Source: Lama guanicoe
Taxonomy: Eukaryota
Assembly (NCBI GenBank): GCA_013239625.1
Contig: MU054391.1
Location: forward strand, 8,465,095 to 8,529,094
DNA length: 64,000 nucleotides
Direction: 5' to 3'
Shown here: positions 39,083 to 51,499 of the stretch, piece after piece
Layout of the letters: the number at the start of each line of letters is the position of its first letter
Numbering within the stretch: the stretch's first letter is position 1
Notes under the pieces: generated by a model
What the model was told of the DNA's origin: nothing
The model's input: only the letters and a program-made list of their open reading frames with translations
Database searches by the model: none
Made by a program: the position numbers and the translations under genes

Positions 39083-39537
39083 TTCTGAATGAAGAAAAAT
39101 GCACAACATAAAGTTGTGAGTTAAATTGTATTTGGGGACCTTACTGAGGACTACAGCCCAGGAGGCAGCCTTTCAAATAGCTCTGAGGAACTGCTCCAAA
39201 GAGATAAGGGAGGAGCCAGGAGATATAAGGGTTCTTTTTTTTTTTTTGCTGAGAATAAAATCATCAAAAGAGTATTGTTAATCACCAAAATCAGACATTT
39301 CAAATTCATGATTTTTGTGCTTTTCTAGGTATGGGAAGATGCAAGAATCTGGGCTCACTGAAATTATCCCTTAGACATGCACCTCGGGCAGCAGTTTCCA
39401 GAGCAGGGGATGCTTCCTATTCTCCATCCTGAGTTCTCCTCAGGGCACACCACCACGGGCAGCTGCAGTGCCTGATGGCTTGACGGTGGGCAACATTCCT
39501 TGTTTACTGAAATGACAGGCAGCATTCCCTTTCCACA
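39083..39537 (-). mobile_element. Solo ERV1-class LTR, MER41-like, same family as 10761-11217
   Basis: Reverse complement aligns by eye to the 10761 LTR (tcagtaaacaa.gaatg.tg; gagccca.a...ttgc.tc.tcccatac.tagaaaagc; gagcagt.cctcagag). 4-bp TSD GTGG at 39079-39082 and 39538-39541. One terminal TG is mutated. Confidence 0.88.
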
Positions 39538-40169
39538 GTGGCAAAACCAAAAGCAGAACAAGCAGATAATATTTTCATTGTTAAAAAGAAAATGAGGACC
39601 ACGGGTATAGGGGGATCCAATTTAAAATTTCACCTTAGGAATACATTTTAAATACTTGTGCTATCCTTTAATTTGTAATGATTCCATTGATTACTTTAAT
39701 ACTTTCTTTTTTTTAGTGTCTTCTGTTTTAAATAGAGATTGATTTTACATGTTATTGGAATATGTGACCCTGTTCTAAAATAGCTTCATAATAATAATAA
39801 ACTATGCATTATATTTATGCATGCATATAACAGAATATATTATAATAGAATAGTATATAATAGAATGCCATTGAAAAGTAACCCTCTCACAGACAATTCA
39901 GTTTGTTACGATGATCCCTCATTATTATTCAAAATGCATAAATGAAGTATTAGGGAAAATGCAGAATTAAGTATGATTTAGAGAATTTCAAAAAATTTCT
40001 GGAAACTATGATGTCATTCCCAAATCCTGAAGAGTTTTACGTGGATTGGAAATTGGGAAATAATTTCCTGGGAACAAAGGATGAAGGGTCACACCTAAGA
40101 AAGAAGACTGAATAGGAACCAAAGCTGAAAGGCCGAAAGTCCTATCAAAAACAAACAAACAAAAATGCT

Positions 40170-40680
40170 CCTGACGAAGATAAACACATAGGAAGCCTCT
40201 GTTTAAGGGTATGCATTAGGGAACAGAGGCCAAAATCAGTCTGAGCTCAACTCCAGTTAAACAAAGGGCTGGAGAGTTTTAAAAGGCTGGGATTGAGGGA
40301 TTTTAGGCCACCTGTGTCTGCTAACTGACCTCACCCAAAGGAAAAGTAAATTCTCTTATCCTGAAGACAGGACATGGTTATACCTTTGGAGAAAGGTACC
40401 CACCAAAGTTAGGCTCCCGCCCTTACACTAAAATGTAGAGATAGCGGTGTGATCTCTCTTGATTACATTTCAAAGAGATGGCCCCAGGTCCCTGAGAAGG
40501 AAAGTCTTGAATTGTAAAAATGGCAAGTGGCTTTAAACAGGATTTGTACATCAAAGGGACAGAGAAAAAATGTGCAGTCGCACATTTTCTAAAGTGAATG
40601 CTCTAAGCAAAAGGAAGTCAGGGGCCTACAGGTGGAAAAAAAAAAGAAAGAAAGAGAAAAGAAAAAAAGCCTTCTTCGTC
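40170..40680 (-). mobile_element. ERV1-class LTR, MER67-like (subfamily uncertain)
   Basis: Reverse complement contains ggcccctgacttccttttgcttagagcattcactttagaaaa, ccatctctttgaaatgtaatc, gggcgggagcctaacttt and gagttgagctcaga. Confidence 0.7.
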
Positions 40681-40725
40681 ATTCCATGGACAATCAGTAT
40701 GCTAGGCACTTTACATAGCTTGCCT

Positions 40726-41055
40726 CTGTCAGGAAGAAAAATTTGCCACCCAAAATATGCCTCTTTGGCATAAGAATTATTCGGGGGCTAATTGCTTTTA
40801 AGAAACACAAGACTTAGGAAGAAATTTGATCTTATTCCTAACTGTGTTGCAGAATTTAGATCAGAGGACCTATTCCAGGAAGAAATCATCACCAGAGATA
40901 TCTGTAGTATAATATGAACCAGGTGTGCTGTACAGGGAGGAACCTAGCAATGTCTGTCAAAATCCCTCTCTGTGTCTCATTGTTTCTACATGGCCCAGCA
41001 AACATTTGTTTACAAACATTTGCCCTTTTCCCATCTTCCTGTGAATTGCCCTCTT
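40726..41055 (+). mobile_element. ERV1-class LTR, MER34-like, 3'-truncated
   Basis: Start tgtcaggaagaaaaatttgccacccaaaatatgcctctttggcataagaattatt matches the MER34-family 5' end as I recall it. Confidence 0.75.
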
Positions 41056-42999
41056 TTCTTTTTAACATAACAAATTATGACTAAATATTTGAAAAATTTG
41101 TCTCTATCACTGAACTAGATGACTGATGGATACATTATCTTCTGATGGGGCATCTCTGTATGTGAAATATATGTGTATTTGTATTTATTTGTCAGCATAT
41201 AGCTTAATAGCACAAAAGCTTTTTTCAGCAAAATATGCCTTTTGTTCTTTAGCATTAGACTCATTATATCAATCTCAATTGAATGCTTTAATTTTTCTCT
41301 ATGCTCTCAAAAAAAGAATAATAAAGGAGGCAATCAACGCCATTTCTTTCGTAAGGAAAACCTAACCTACCATTGGAGTCTTAAAACAGTACAATGGACT
41401 TACAGCGATACATTTTGATAAGAAGCCATTCATTCTTTTTGAAATGTAAATAATAAGCAAAAGAGGTATATAAAAAGCTATTGATTCAATAATTTGATTA
41501 AGCTTAGATCCTTTCTGGATATGAGTACAAAAAGGCGTTTGTAAGGAAATTATGTAAAGCATCCATATAAATAAAACAACAACTCATGAATCACTGGATG
41601 CCTAATAGTTATAGTTTATTTCAACTAGTTTTCAGTGATATTAATATTTTTATTTTATTGAGTTTTCAGTGAATTAAATATTTTTGGTCAATTGGTACAC
41701 ACTACATTTGGTACTGGATTTACAGGGAGCCATAAAATAAACTGGGAAAATGTTCTGAATAAGATGCTCACTTGTGTTTCATTCCATTCAATTCATATTT
41801 ACAAATGTCAGACCTTGTGCTGGGTTATGGTAATGGCCACCATCACTGTTCTAAAGTAATTCTCAACTTGTGTGGATACTTTGTGTGGGTATACATATAA
41901 TAGATATATAATCACATATTAGAATACATAATTAAATATTATATAGAAAGCAATCATATCTACATATGTAATTTCAAGTCATGTGTTCACTGAATACTTA
42001 TCCTTTGCCAACTAATATTCTAAGTGCTGGAGAAACGATTCTATACAAGACATAAAAAATTCCTCTCATGGAGCTAACATAGCGAAGAAAACCAAAAATA
42101 AATACACAGAAATGTATATGTCAAGTTGTGTCAGACTTGGATATTTAGTGAGGTCTTATAGATGTTGACCGAGTTGAGTCCTGAGAGGATTTTCCAACAC
42201 AATAACAGAAGAAAGACTATTGCAGAGAATATTCTTACCTTTCCTTTGTGCTCACAAATATTTCTCCTAACCATATTAGCTTAAAATTTTACAATGACCT
42301 TTAACAGTAAATTATCATTCTTAACAACTGTATCTTATAAACATGATTATATCTTTTCCAAAATTGAAAAAATAATATTAAAGCATAAATAAATTATGCC
42401 CTCTGTTTCAAAGCTCTTCAATGGTTACAAACTCATTCCTCTCCTTTGAATTCACAGGAAAATGTTACAGACACACGGGCTTTATTACTTTGTTGATATA
42501 ATTAACATACAAGACATAATTAACAAACAAGAGTAGAATCTGAGGGCACTTCTCATTTCAACTGCATTCTAACTTGACACATATTTAACTGGTGCATCAC
42601 CAAAAGACTCAGTCTTTGGTCTTCTGTGTTTCATGGTTCAGAAGTGGGCACAGTCTTCTAAACAAGTCAGGATGATAATCAGAGTTATATTCAATAAAAA
42701 AGTACCCACAATAATGAAATATGTACAAAGTATAAAGAAGAGAGAGACTTATTTATAGGCAATTTCTAAACAGTATCATATTTAAATGTTTTTTTTTCAT
42801 AAACCTGTTTTCAAGCACACAGAGAAACTTGCAAGCCAAAGAAAAGGGGAAAGAGGTATTCAAGACAGCAAATCATATCTACAAGATCTCATGGGTATGA
42901 AATAAGTAGTGCTCATATGCATTAGTATCTGGTGCAGCAAATTGAATTAAAAGAAATCGTGACCTTAATTCACATTTGACTTGTAAAAGAAATTGAGCA

Positions 43000-43200
43000 T
43001 TCACCTCTATGGTTGCCAATGACTATGTATGTAAACTTGCACAAGTTCCTTAGTTTCACCAAATCTCAATTATGTACTAGTGAACGGAGATGATACGGTG
43101 GAATCCTTGTTAAGATTTAAAGGGATACATCACGTAGGCTTTATGTACAAGACCTGATACTTAGTGCAGCACTCTTCACCACTGGCAACAAAGTTATGAA
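43000..43200 (+). mobile_element. MIR SINE
   Basis: gtaaacttgcacaagttccttagtttcaccaaatctcaatt...ttgttaagatttaaaggga...caagacctgatacttagtgcagcactc. Confidence 0.6.
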
Positions 43201-44347
43201 AGCAACTACTGTCATGATTTATAGGTAACAATACAAATAAAACGAACTAGCTAGCTCATTAACAAAATAGTCTCCTTAATATGATTTTTAGATATGTACT
43301 GACATTTGCAATATTGACTAAAGGCATATAGGATGGTAAAACACCTATTTTCAAGTGTCGTTTTGGCTATCCTGCTATAGGAAGTTTTCATGGATTTAAC
43401 CATTTAACAATGTTCAGTCCTCTGGACTTTCTGTCTGTTTGTCCTCCATTCTCTCCCACACCCCTCCTCCACCTTGATTCCTTGAATTTCTACTCTAGGG
43501 ATAGCAAAGATTTCCTACTTACAATGCAGAATAATTTATTTTTCTCAAGCTCATACTTGCAATTGAAGCTCCAGGCCCACTTTTCAGATCCAAATACACA
43601 GAGGACTCAGCTGAATAAAACAAGAGCAACCCTACTGCTCTTAAGTCACTAATATTGCTTTTATTTAATAAAAGTTGTCATTCATAGAAGGCAATTATAT
43701 TTTCTAAATTCTGTTTCAATTAACAGCATCCAAGATATGGGGAAAAAATGAAAGCAGCATGTTTCTAAGCTCCTGGTCACGGGAGGCCCCATAAAGCAGG
43801 GTCAGGGTCCAGGCTTTCCAGAGGCAAGGCTGGGCCAAGTCTTTGGATTTCCCCAAGACCAGAGCACCACATTAAATGTGCTGAAAATAATTATTTAGAA
43901 TATACTGAACAATAAAGCTGTGGATTGCCATAGACATTTTTCAGCTACTTTATAAAATATTAGGTTTGTATGTGCAAATCTTGTGTATACTGGGTTCTAT
44001 GATATTTGTAAAAAGTGCATACTGATGTGCTTTGTTAAATCACACTGGTGATCATTAATATGGGCTCTGATGAGGAAAATTTATTTTCCATATGCTCAGG
44101 ATATAATTTCATAAATTTCCAATAAGAATGATTTAATAAATAAATTAGCATCCATAAGTAAATAATTAAGTCCTAATTTGTAGATTATTGCCCTCAAAAT
44201 AGTTCACAAGTAAAACTATTTCTATATATAAAATATTTAATCTAGTAAGAAAACTCTATAATATGCTTAGTCAAAACATAACCACCTTTTCCAGGGAGCC
44301 AATTCAACACTTCCACTGGATCAACAAATATTAATTAAAAATCTGCT

Positions 44348-44401
44348 CTAGAAAGTGACACAACATTGTAAACTGAACATACTTCAAAGTAAAAAAAAAA
44401 A
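44348..44401 (+). mobile_element. Extremely 5'-truncated L1 tip with poly-A, inside an L2 fragment
   Basis: agaaagtgacacaacattgtaaactgaacatacttcaaagtaaaaaaaaaa matches the 3' terminus of the L1s at 1752 and 45585; imperfect TSD aaaaatctgctcta/aaaaatttattcta. Confidence 0.75.
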
Positions 44402-44437
44402 TTTATTCTAGTCTAGACCGAATTCTAGGTGCTCTAA

Positions 44438-44640
44438 CTTAGTGACTGAGAGTTCAAAGACTCTGAAGCCAGACTTACTGGGTTCAAATTCTTTCTCAAC
44501 AGCTTACTAGATTTTATGATCTTGAGGAATTTACTTACTCTTCCTGTACAGTTTCTCAAACTCAGAATAGTGATGGCAATAATAATACATGCTCATATTG
44601 CTGTTATGAGAATTAAGTCAATGCATATTAATGTTTATAT
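44438..44640 (+). mobile_element. MIR SINE
   Basis: agactctgaagccagacttactgggttcaaatt...cttactagattttatgatcttgaggaatttactt...ctgttatgagaattaag. Confidence 0.8.
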
Positions 44641-44859
44641 ATATAAATAGTATCACTTCAAATATATATTTATATATACAAATATATATATTTTTGCTAC
44701 CCCTAGAGTAGAAATTCAAGGAATCAAGATGGATGAGCGATGTGGGAGAACCATACTGGGGAGAATATTCTATTAGTTAGCTAGCTAGTTAGTTTTATTT
44801 GTATTGTAGTTTTATTTGTATTGAATATTTATATATTCAAATATATATATATATCTGAA

Positions 44860-45450
44860 GTGATATGATAATTCTTAAAAAGAAGAAGAAGAGAAGGTCA
44901 TATAAGGTCCTGTGAGTCCTTTCCCCAGTTTCTTCCAATGGTTATCTCTTACATAATTGTGGTACACTCTCAAAACCAGGGATTTAACATCACAACAATG
45001 TGTATGCATGTGCAGTTACATATATTTTAATTATGTCTGTAGATTATTGGTATCACCACCACAATCAAGATACAGAAATATTCCATCATCACAGAGGACT
45101 CTGTCCGACTAGGTGTACCTCCATGCCTGCCCCAGCAGCACTGTCTTGGCTGTGTCCCTCTACTTTTGATCTGTTTTATTTTAATTTTCACTAAGTTCAG
45201 TGCATTTTTTGAGTCTTCCTCTGGGACCCATAGATTATTTAAAAGTAGGTGGTTTAGTTTCAAGTGTTTGAAAACTTTCCTGTTATCTTTTATTTATTGA
45301 TTTTTGGATAGATCTCATTGTGCTCAGATCTCAAATACCCTTTGTATAATTCAATTATTTTAAATTTGTTCAGGTTTTTATGGTGGGGTGGAATCTGTCC
45401 TGGTATGCATCTGGAGGTGCTGAAAAATGTGTATTCTGCTATTGTATAAT
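44860..45450 (-). mobile_element. L1MB-like 3'UTR piece plus an ORF2 piece
   Basis: ccccagtttcttccaatggttatctcttacataa; caccaccacaatcaagatacagaa; then gacccatagattatttaaaagt and gaaaaatgtgtattctgctattg. Confidence 0.75.
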
Positions 45451-45584
45451 GTCAGAATATCACCCTCAATAAATAAGAAAAATAAACTTAAATAAAGATC
45501 TCTTTTACTTCACCTCTGCAGCTCCTTCTCCCAAGCAGAAAGTAATACAGTTCACGACATCATATGACAAAAGTAAAACAAAAC

Positions 45585-45858
45585 AAACTAAAATTGCAAA
45601 GGGGGAAGGAGGTGGGAAGGGACAGACTGGGAGTTCAAAATTTATAGATACTGACAGGCATATGTAGAATAGATAAACAAGATTATACTGTATGGCACAG
45701 GGAAATATATACAAGATCTTGTAGTAGCTCACAGAGAAAAAAATGTGACAATGAATATATGTATGTTCATATATAACTGAAAAATTGTGCTTTACACTGG
45801 AATTTGACACACTGTAAAATGACTATAACTCAATTAAAAAATCTTTAAAAAAAAAAAA
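45585..45858 (+). mobile_element. Young camelid-type L1 3' end with poly-A tail
   Basis: ggtgggaagggacagactgggagttcaaaattt; gtagctcacagagaaaaaaatgtgacaatgaatatatgtatgttcat; ctggaatttgacacactgtaaaatgactataactcaatt followed by an A tract. Confidence 0.88.
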
Positions 45859-46799
45859 GGATAACACGTATTTAAAAAAAAATCTAACTTTTCCCAATCT
45901 GCTAATCTTTTACTTCTTCTGTTTTCCCAGTCCTATTCCTTATTTTTTAATCATAAAAAATTCAAAGCCACAATCAACCGATTAGAAATGCACCAGGCTT
46001 ACGTCTGTAGAATATAATCTCTTTTCCTACTTTCCCTTCTCCTCTCACGAGTTTTGTTTGCTTTCAATTGTTATCCACCAACAATTGAGCACAAACAATC
46101 CTGAACTTCCCCCTTCACTCTTAGCTACTCAACTGGCAAAGCCTATGTTTACAGAGTTGCGAACCAGGAAGTGTGCTAAGTTGATGTAGCACATTTGCAT
46201 ACATTCCACTTGAAAAAATTAAAGCAACATAAAAGAAGACAGGTGAGGCATCCTGGGAAGTGATGTGAGAGCAATTATTCTGTTTAAAGTGTTTAGTCTA
46301 TATATAGTGTGTCCTCCATCACGCACAGCATGTCTTCTCTGAATGTGATTTCTGACATCCCTTTGCTTGCTGCGCCACTTAATTACACTGAGTAATGAAG
46401 AGATTTTAAAGCCACACTGTCACAGTTAATAGGGTGAATAATTAAAGTAATAGTAGAGTTGGTTTCCCTTCTGTGTAAACCATTTGGTCCTCTAACACCG
46501 CTGTTTAGAATTTCCCATAAAGTGATTCACTGCCTCAGAATTTACCGCTGTGTTGTTTCAGTAGTGTGATTCTACCAGCATTCAGCTCAAGAAGAATGTG
46601 AAGAATTAACCTCTGTGAGTTCCCTGGAAATTAAATAGATTAAGGCAAGCAGTTATGGCTTTATGCCTCTCCTGACCCTCTCTGACCCCTCTTCAACTGG
46701 GATTACAGTGAGCAATCTGTTTGTCTGAAGCCACATATAGTTGATAAATCATTAGCTGAACAATTTTGAAATACTAGCTTTTTTCCCTTTAGTTCTGTA

Positions 46800-47150
46800 G
46801 AGGTGAAATGGACTTATGCTAGATATAAGACATAAGCATAGTGATGTCTAATAGGAGAGAACAAAAGCACAGAAACTTAAAAGTACCTGGCACTGAGGGG
46901 TAGGAATGAGCACATTTGTTAAGATTAAGAAAGGATCGTGGGAGAGAAAAGTGGAGGAAACCAAAGGGTAGTTGAGGGTCAGATTAGGAAGAGTCTTAAA
47001 CGTTGAGATAAGAATATGCAATTTATTCTGTAGTGAACTCAGGACCATAAAGGTATGCACATGAATGTAACCTTGTGTGAGTAATTTTAGAAAAAAACTA
47101 AAAAAGGTAAAAGAAGACTAATTTGTAAGGCATGTGGTTGGTGCTTTAAG
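46800..47150 (-). mobile_element. L2 fragment
   Basis: gagggtcagattaggaagagtcttaaacg...gcaatttattctgtagtgaactcaggaccataaagg. Confidence 0.5.
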
Positions 47151-47219
47151 ATGTACAGTTACTAATTTCAGGTCTTCTAGGGACTAGAATTCCTCACACT
47201 TAACATGAAATGTTATTGT

Positions 47220-47390
47220 TTAGGGAGTAGCTTCACATGGTAGAAACTTCCCTGGATTAAAATCAAAAGACAGAAAGTCACATCACCTGACTGGTCTTAG
47301 TTTCCTTATCTAATAAAATATACCTGTTCTGTCTTCCTGACAGGGTAGCATTTAGGAGCAAAATGAAACATTGGCTGCTGACACCATGAA
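47220..47390 (+). mobile_element. MIR fragment
   Basis: tggtcttagtttccttatctaataaaat...ctgacagggtagcatttaggagcaaaatgaaaca. Confidence 0.55.
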
Positions 47391-47720
47391 AGGAAACCAA
47401 AATAACCCGTTGATCAACAAACCAAGGTTCTGGTTTGCTACAAAATCAGAGACCACTACCTTGACAGCATCCAAGTACTTTTTTGTAAGAGGAAGGTCAG
47501 GATGGGATATTTACAAAGTTTTGAGGTCTAGGTTAAGGCAGGACTTTCAATATGGGGGCCTGACTGGGACTGGGCAATGTTTGTGTGATAGTTTAGAGTA
47601 AGTATTATATAGTGAGGCATTTTTTGAAAAAGAGTATTGTGGACTAAACAGTCATTTGAAAAAACCTGGCTGAATAATCTACTTTTCTGAGAAGGAAGCC
47701 CTCTAAACATAGTTACATCT
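47390..47720 (-). mobile_element. Old ERV1 LTR, MER110-like
   Basis: gagaccactaccttgacag...gaaggtcaggatgggatatttacaaagttttgaggtctagg resembles antisense MER110. Confidence 0.5.
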
Positions 47721-48026
47721 AACTTAATTTTTTCTGAGAAAGAACTGCCTGGAATATTAAAGTCATACATACAAAGCAAATAGTTGTAAACTAAAGTCAC
47801 TTTCACGTTCTTACTTTTTAATTTCTTTGAAGGCAAGCTTTATTTTCAACTTTACTAAGCTGTGTAGCTTAAGTTCTTCATGGTTACATGTAATAAGAAA
47901 AGGCTGTGCTAGTGAAATCCAAGGGATGTCTTTAGGTTTCCTTGAAGCCTTAAAGAGACGTGAATCTGACTGCAGACCACCTGAGGGACCACTGGGAACT
48001 GCTGTGATTTCTAAGTGATCCTGTAC

Positions 48027-48105
48027 AGTTACTAAATGTATCAAACTGTATACTTGAAATGGCTGAATTTTGTTGTATTCAAATAATGCCTTAATTTTTA
48101 AAAAC
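48027..48105 (+). mobile_element. L1MB-like 3' tip
   Basis: caaactgtatacttgaaatggctgaattttgttgtattcaaataatgccttaatttttaaaaa. Confidence 0.65.
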
Positions 48106-48159
48106 AAAGTACAGTTGAAAAATTGATTTTCAATACTCCTTCCCAAATTTTTATTAGCT

Positions 48160-48660
48160 TGCTGAACTATTTCATCCACTCCAATCCAAGACGTTCTGCT
48201 TCCACATTCAAAAGCCCTAGTGTTTTAGGAATCAGATCTTTTCAAAATGAACTTCTACATAAAAATATCCAATATGTCACATTTCCTCCATGCAAATTAT
48301 TCTTTATTTCAGCAAACACTCATTCTTTCTTGATGTTCTGTCTGCTCACATTTTCCAAATGTCTGAAAAAAACACCCACATCTCTTATACATTAAACTTA
48401 TACACATCCTCAGGAACCAATTTAAATATGATCCTTTCTGAAAAATCTTTACATATTCCACTATAGCATTTTTATACCATGCTTAGGGCATTTATTACTT
48501 CTACTTTGGATTGTAGGCAGTTGCTTATATGAACATTAAATCATTAAAACTAGGATCCAGATCTGTCTCATCTCTTCATGTCTTTTATTATTTAACTAGA
48601 TCTTGCAGATAGGTATTTAATACACATTTTGGGAATGGATGATTAGTTGAAGGAATGAAT
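48160..48660 (+). mobile_element. L2 3' fragment
   Basis: catcctcaggaaccaatttaaatatgatcctttctgaaaaatctt...gataggtatttaatacacatttttgggaatggatga...gaatgaatg tail. Confidence 0.6.
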
Positions 48661-50540
48661 GTCAAATGAATGTCAAAATTAAATTACCTCTATTTAAGTT
48701 TATAAAGTCAGCTCCAGAGGTTAAGGCCCAGAGAAGATGGTACACATGTAAGGTAAATTTGATATTGCTCTAAAATTGCCATATTTACGGTCTCTAATCA
48801 TCCAGAGAAAGGTACTCAAATGGAGAATATGATGCAGAAAGAGTAATGAAAGGGGACCACAGATGATAAGAGTGAGGAAACTTGGATCTGTTTCTAAGTC
48901 AGCTAGTAAATACGTTGTAAAATTATTTAACACTCTCTCTGGTCACATTTCCCTGTGTCTCTTTTGAATCTTAACAATTAATTATTCTAATTTTGGATGC
49001 CCCCACCCCAACCCCAATCATTATGCTTGATATTTATGTGTATATATAAATATCTGTGTATCCTCCACCTAAAGGTATGCATTGTCTCCATAATGTTTCT
49101 TTTCACCCTCACTCAACGTTCCACAATTTCCTGCACAGGCAAACAACAGTGCTGCCACTGAGTTTCCTCTAACGACAGCATTTAATACATCACCTTAGTC
49201 CCAATCATGAGGATTCTGTTGGTCCCGTTTCATCACTGCCCAATTATTTTGTACAATTTTGCATTTCAAACACCAGGGTGCACTTGTTACAACTCCTATT
49301 AGGTTCTCTTTGCAAGCTTTGAACCTTGAACCCACTCAGGATCCATAATTGATAATCTTATTATCTCAGGCCCTCAGATAAACTGTAGTAAGATTGTGAT
49401 TTGCATGAAGTGTATCTTTCAGGGTGTGGAAAGGACTAAGATGACAGGACTGAAGTAACAGGCTTTTAACTTTATTAGTTCCATTCCAATGTCTGGGATT
49501 TTTTACATCCCAGTTTTAAGTACAATTATGCTAAAAAGTGACAGGGGTAATATTTTACTTGTGAATTAGGGGCATATTTAATAAAGCTGTGTCACCTCAT
49601 TGCCTACATCTTTTTCTTAGAATCTAAGGCATATATATGTAAAATTAAATTTAAATTCCTGTTTATGTGCTATTCATTTTAACCATTTTAATCTCTTTAA
49701 TTAACATTAATAATTTTAAAAATTAAAATAGAGTTAAAGAAGTCAATAAAACACAACTTTCCTAAGACCCAACATAAGCACCATTTGTAGGTACTAGAGC
49801 TAAAATAAATAAATAAGAGTAATTCTATAGTGCACTTCCTTTTGAAAACTTTATATAAAGAAAACAAAATTAGCCTCAATTTTGTGTCTGATACACGAGG
49901 ATTTCTCGATGAAGCTGAGAAGTTTGAAACAGGGCCATTCGATATTGTGTTTTCTTTTGAAACTACAGCTAATACGTTTGTGTATCAGTCCTTACTCTGA
50001 AATCCCACTGAAACTATGTCTGCCTTTCCCTTGGGCCCAGGAGACTCTTCTGACTAAATGAACACACATATAGAACAGCCTTGAAAAAGTCTCTCTTTCT
50101 CTCTCTCCTTTTTTGTTTTTTTTTTTTTTTAAGAAATCAAAAGCATCCAAAGACTGTAGATGAGAGAAAGTCATAGGGAGAGGTGATCCATACTATTCCT
50201 TCCCCTAAAATATTATCTTTCCCACACCCACCCATGTCCGTTAAACTAACTCCTATTCAATCCTTAGCTGCCATTAAATATTACTTCTTTCAAAAAGACT
50301 TTTCAGAAATCTGAATGAAATTTGGTGTCTCCCGGAAATTCTCAGAGAACTCTGAACAATTCCAGTATTGCTATTTTGCATGCTTTATTCTAATGCTAGC
50401 TTCATTTCTTGGACCCTCATATCAATTTCAAGCTCATTGAAAACAATACAATATAACATTCACCATCCTAATTCTCATTAATAAACTATATTATATACTA
50501 GTATATAGTCCATTCCAATTCCACAGTGTTAAAAATCAAG

Positions 50541-51499
50541 CAGGACTTCATGATCAGAAGAACTTCAGACTTGGTTTAAAATTCCACTGTTGCTTTTTTT
50601 GAAATTCTTAATAATTTTATCTTTGAACTTGTATATCATGTGTGAAGTCAGTGGATCAGTGGAGCATGTGAGTGAGCAGAGAAAATATACACATAGGCGT
50701 CTCTGCCGTGGTTCCTCGCTGGCTCATTTGCACAGTGTTTATAATACTCCATGAGCATAGCATTCCTGTGGACCAATGATGCATGAAAGTTCAGTGGCAC
50801 TCCAAGTGAGTACAAGGGAAACGTTGTAAGGGGCCACACTGACAGCCCTGAAATGCTACACTTCTCAAAAATAAGGCTACGGTATTCTAAGAAAGTCAAA
50901 AAGCCAAGTAAGCCTGACATATTCTTTTTCATTTGTGATATTTGACTATATTAGACAACTACTTACATTGAAAATAATGATATAAAAGGAAAGGAAAAGG
51001 GAGGACATCAAAGATAGACAAAAATAGTTCTTTTTCTTTCAGTCCTTTTGCACTCTTCTATGCGCCCAGAGTAGGTATGACAGAAGGTGTACAGAGCAAA
51101 AGTGAAATACAAACAGTTGCATTAGCTTGCACACTGTTACCACTGTTCTGATAAGAACACAATACATATGCCCTTATGAACTATAAAATACACATTGTGC
51201 AATTTTGGTTACTCAACATATGAGCAAAATGCTCCCATATGCATTTAAAGCTGGCATTGTACAACATAAAGATAAACAGTAAAATCATTGTTAATAGTTT
51301 AAAATTGTAGTTCTTCTTTAATTAGAATGATACTACATAGCAAATATGAAACACTGTGGCATCTTGAAAAAGAGATAATAGAAGAAAGGAGAAAGCTTTA
51401 TATTTAGTTCCTGTAATGCTACTATCTTCTTGCTTTTTGATCAAGGAGTGCCGCATTTTCATTTTGCACTGAGTCCTGCAAAATACGTAGACAGCTGTG
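50541..51499 (+). mobile_element. MER45B-like (hAT-Tip100 DNA transposon), near full length
   Basis: cttggtttaa...ttgaaattcttaataattttatctttgaacttgt; ggagcatgtgagtgagcagag; ccatgagcatagcattcctgtggacc; end caaggagtgccgcattttcattttgcactgagtcctgcaaaatacgtag. Confidence 0.8.

Noticed and set aside
10761..39537. Idea that the two MER41-like LTRs bound one giant element
   Set aside because: They are in opposite orientations and each has its own distinct TSD.
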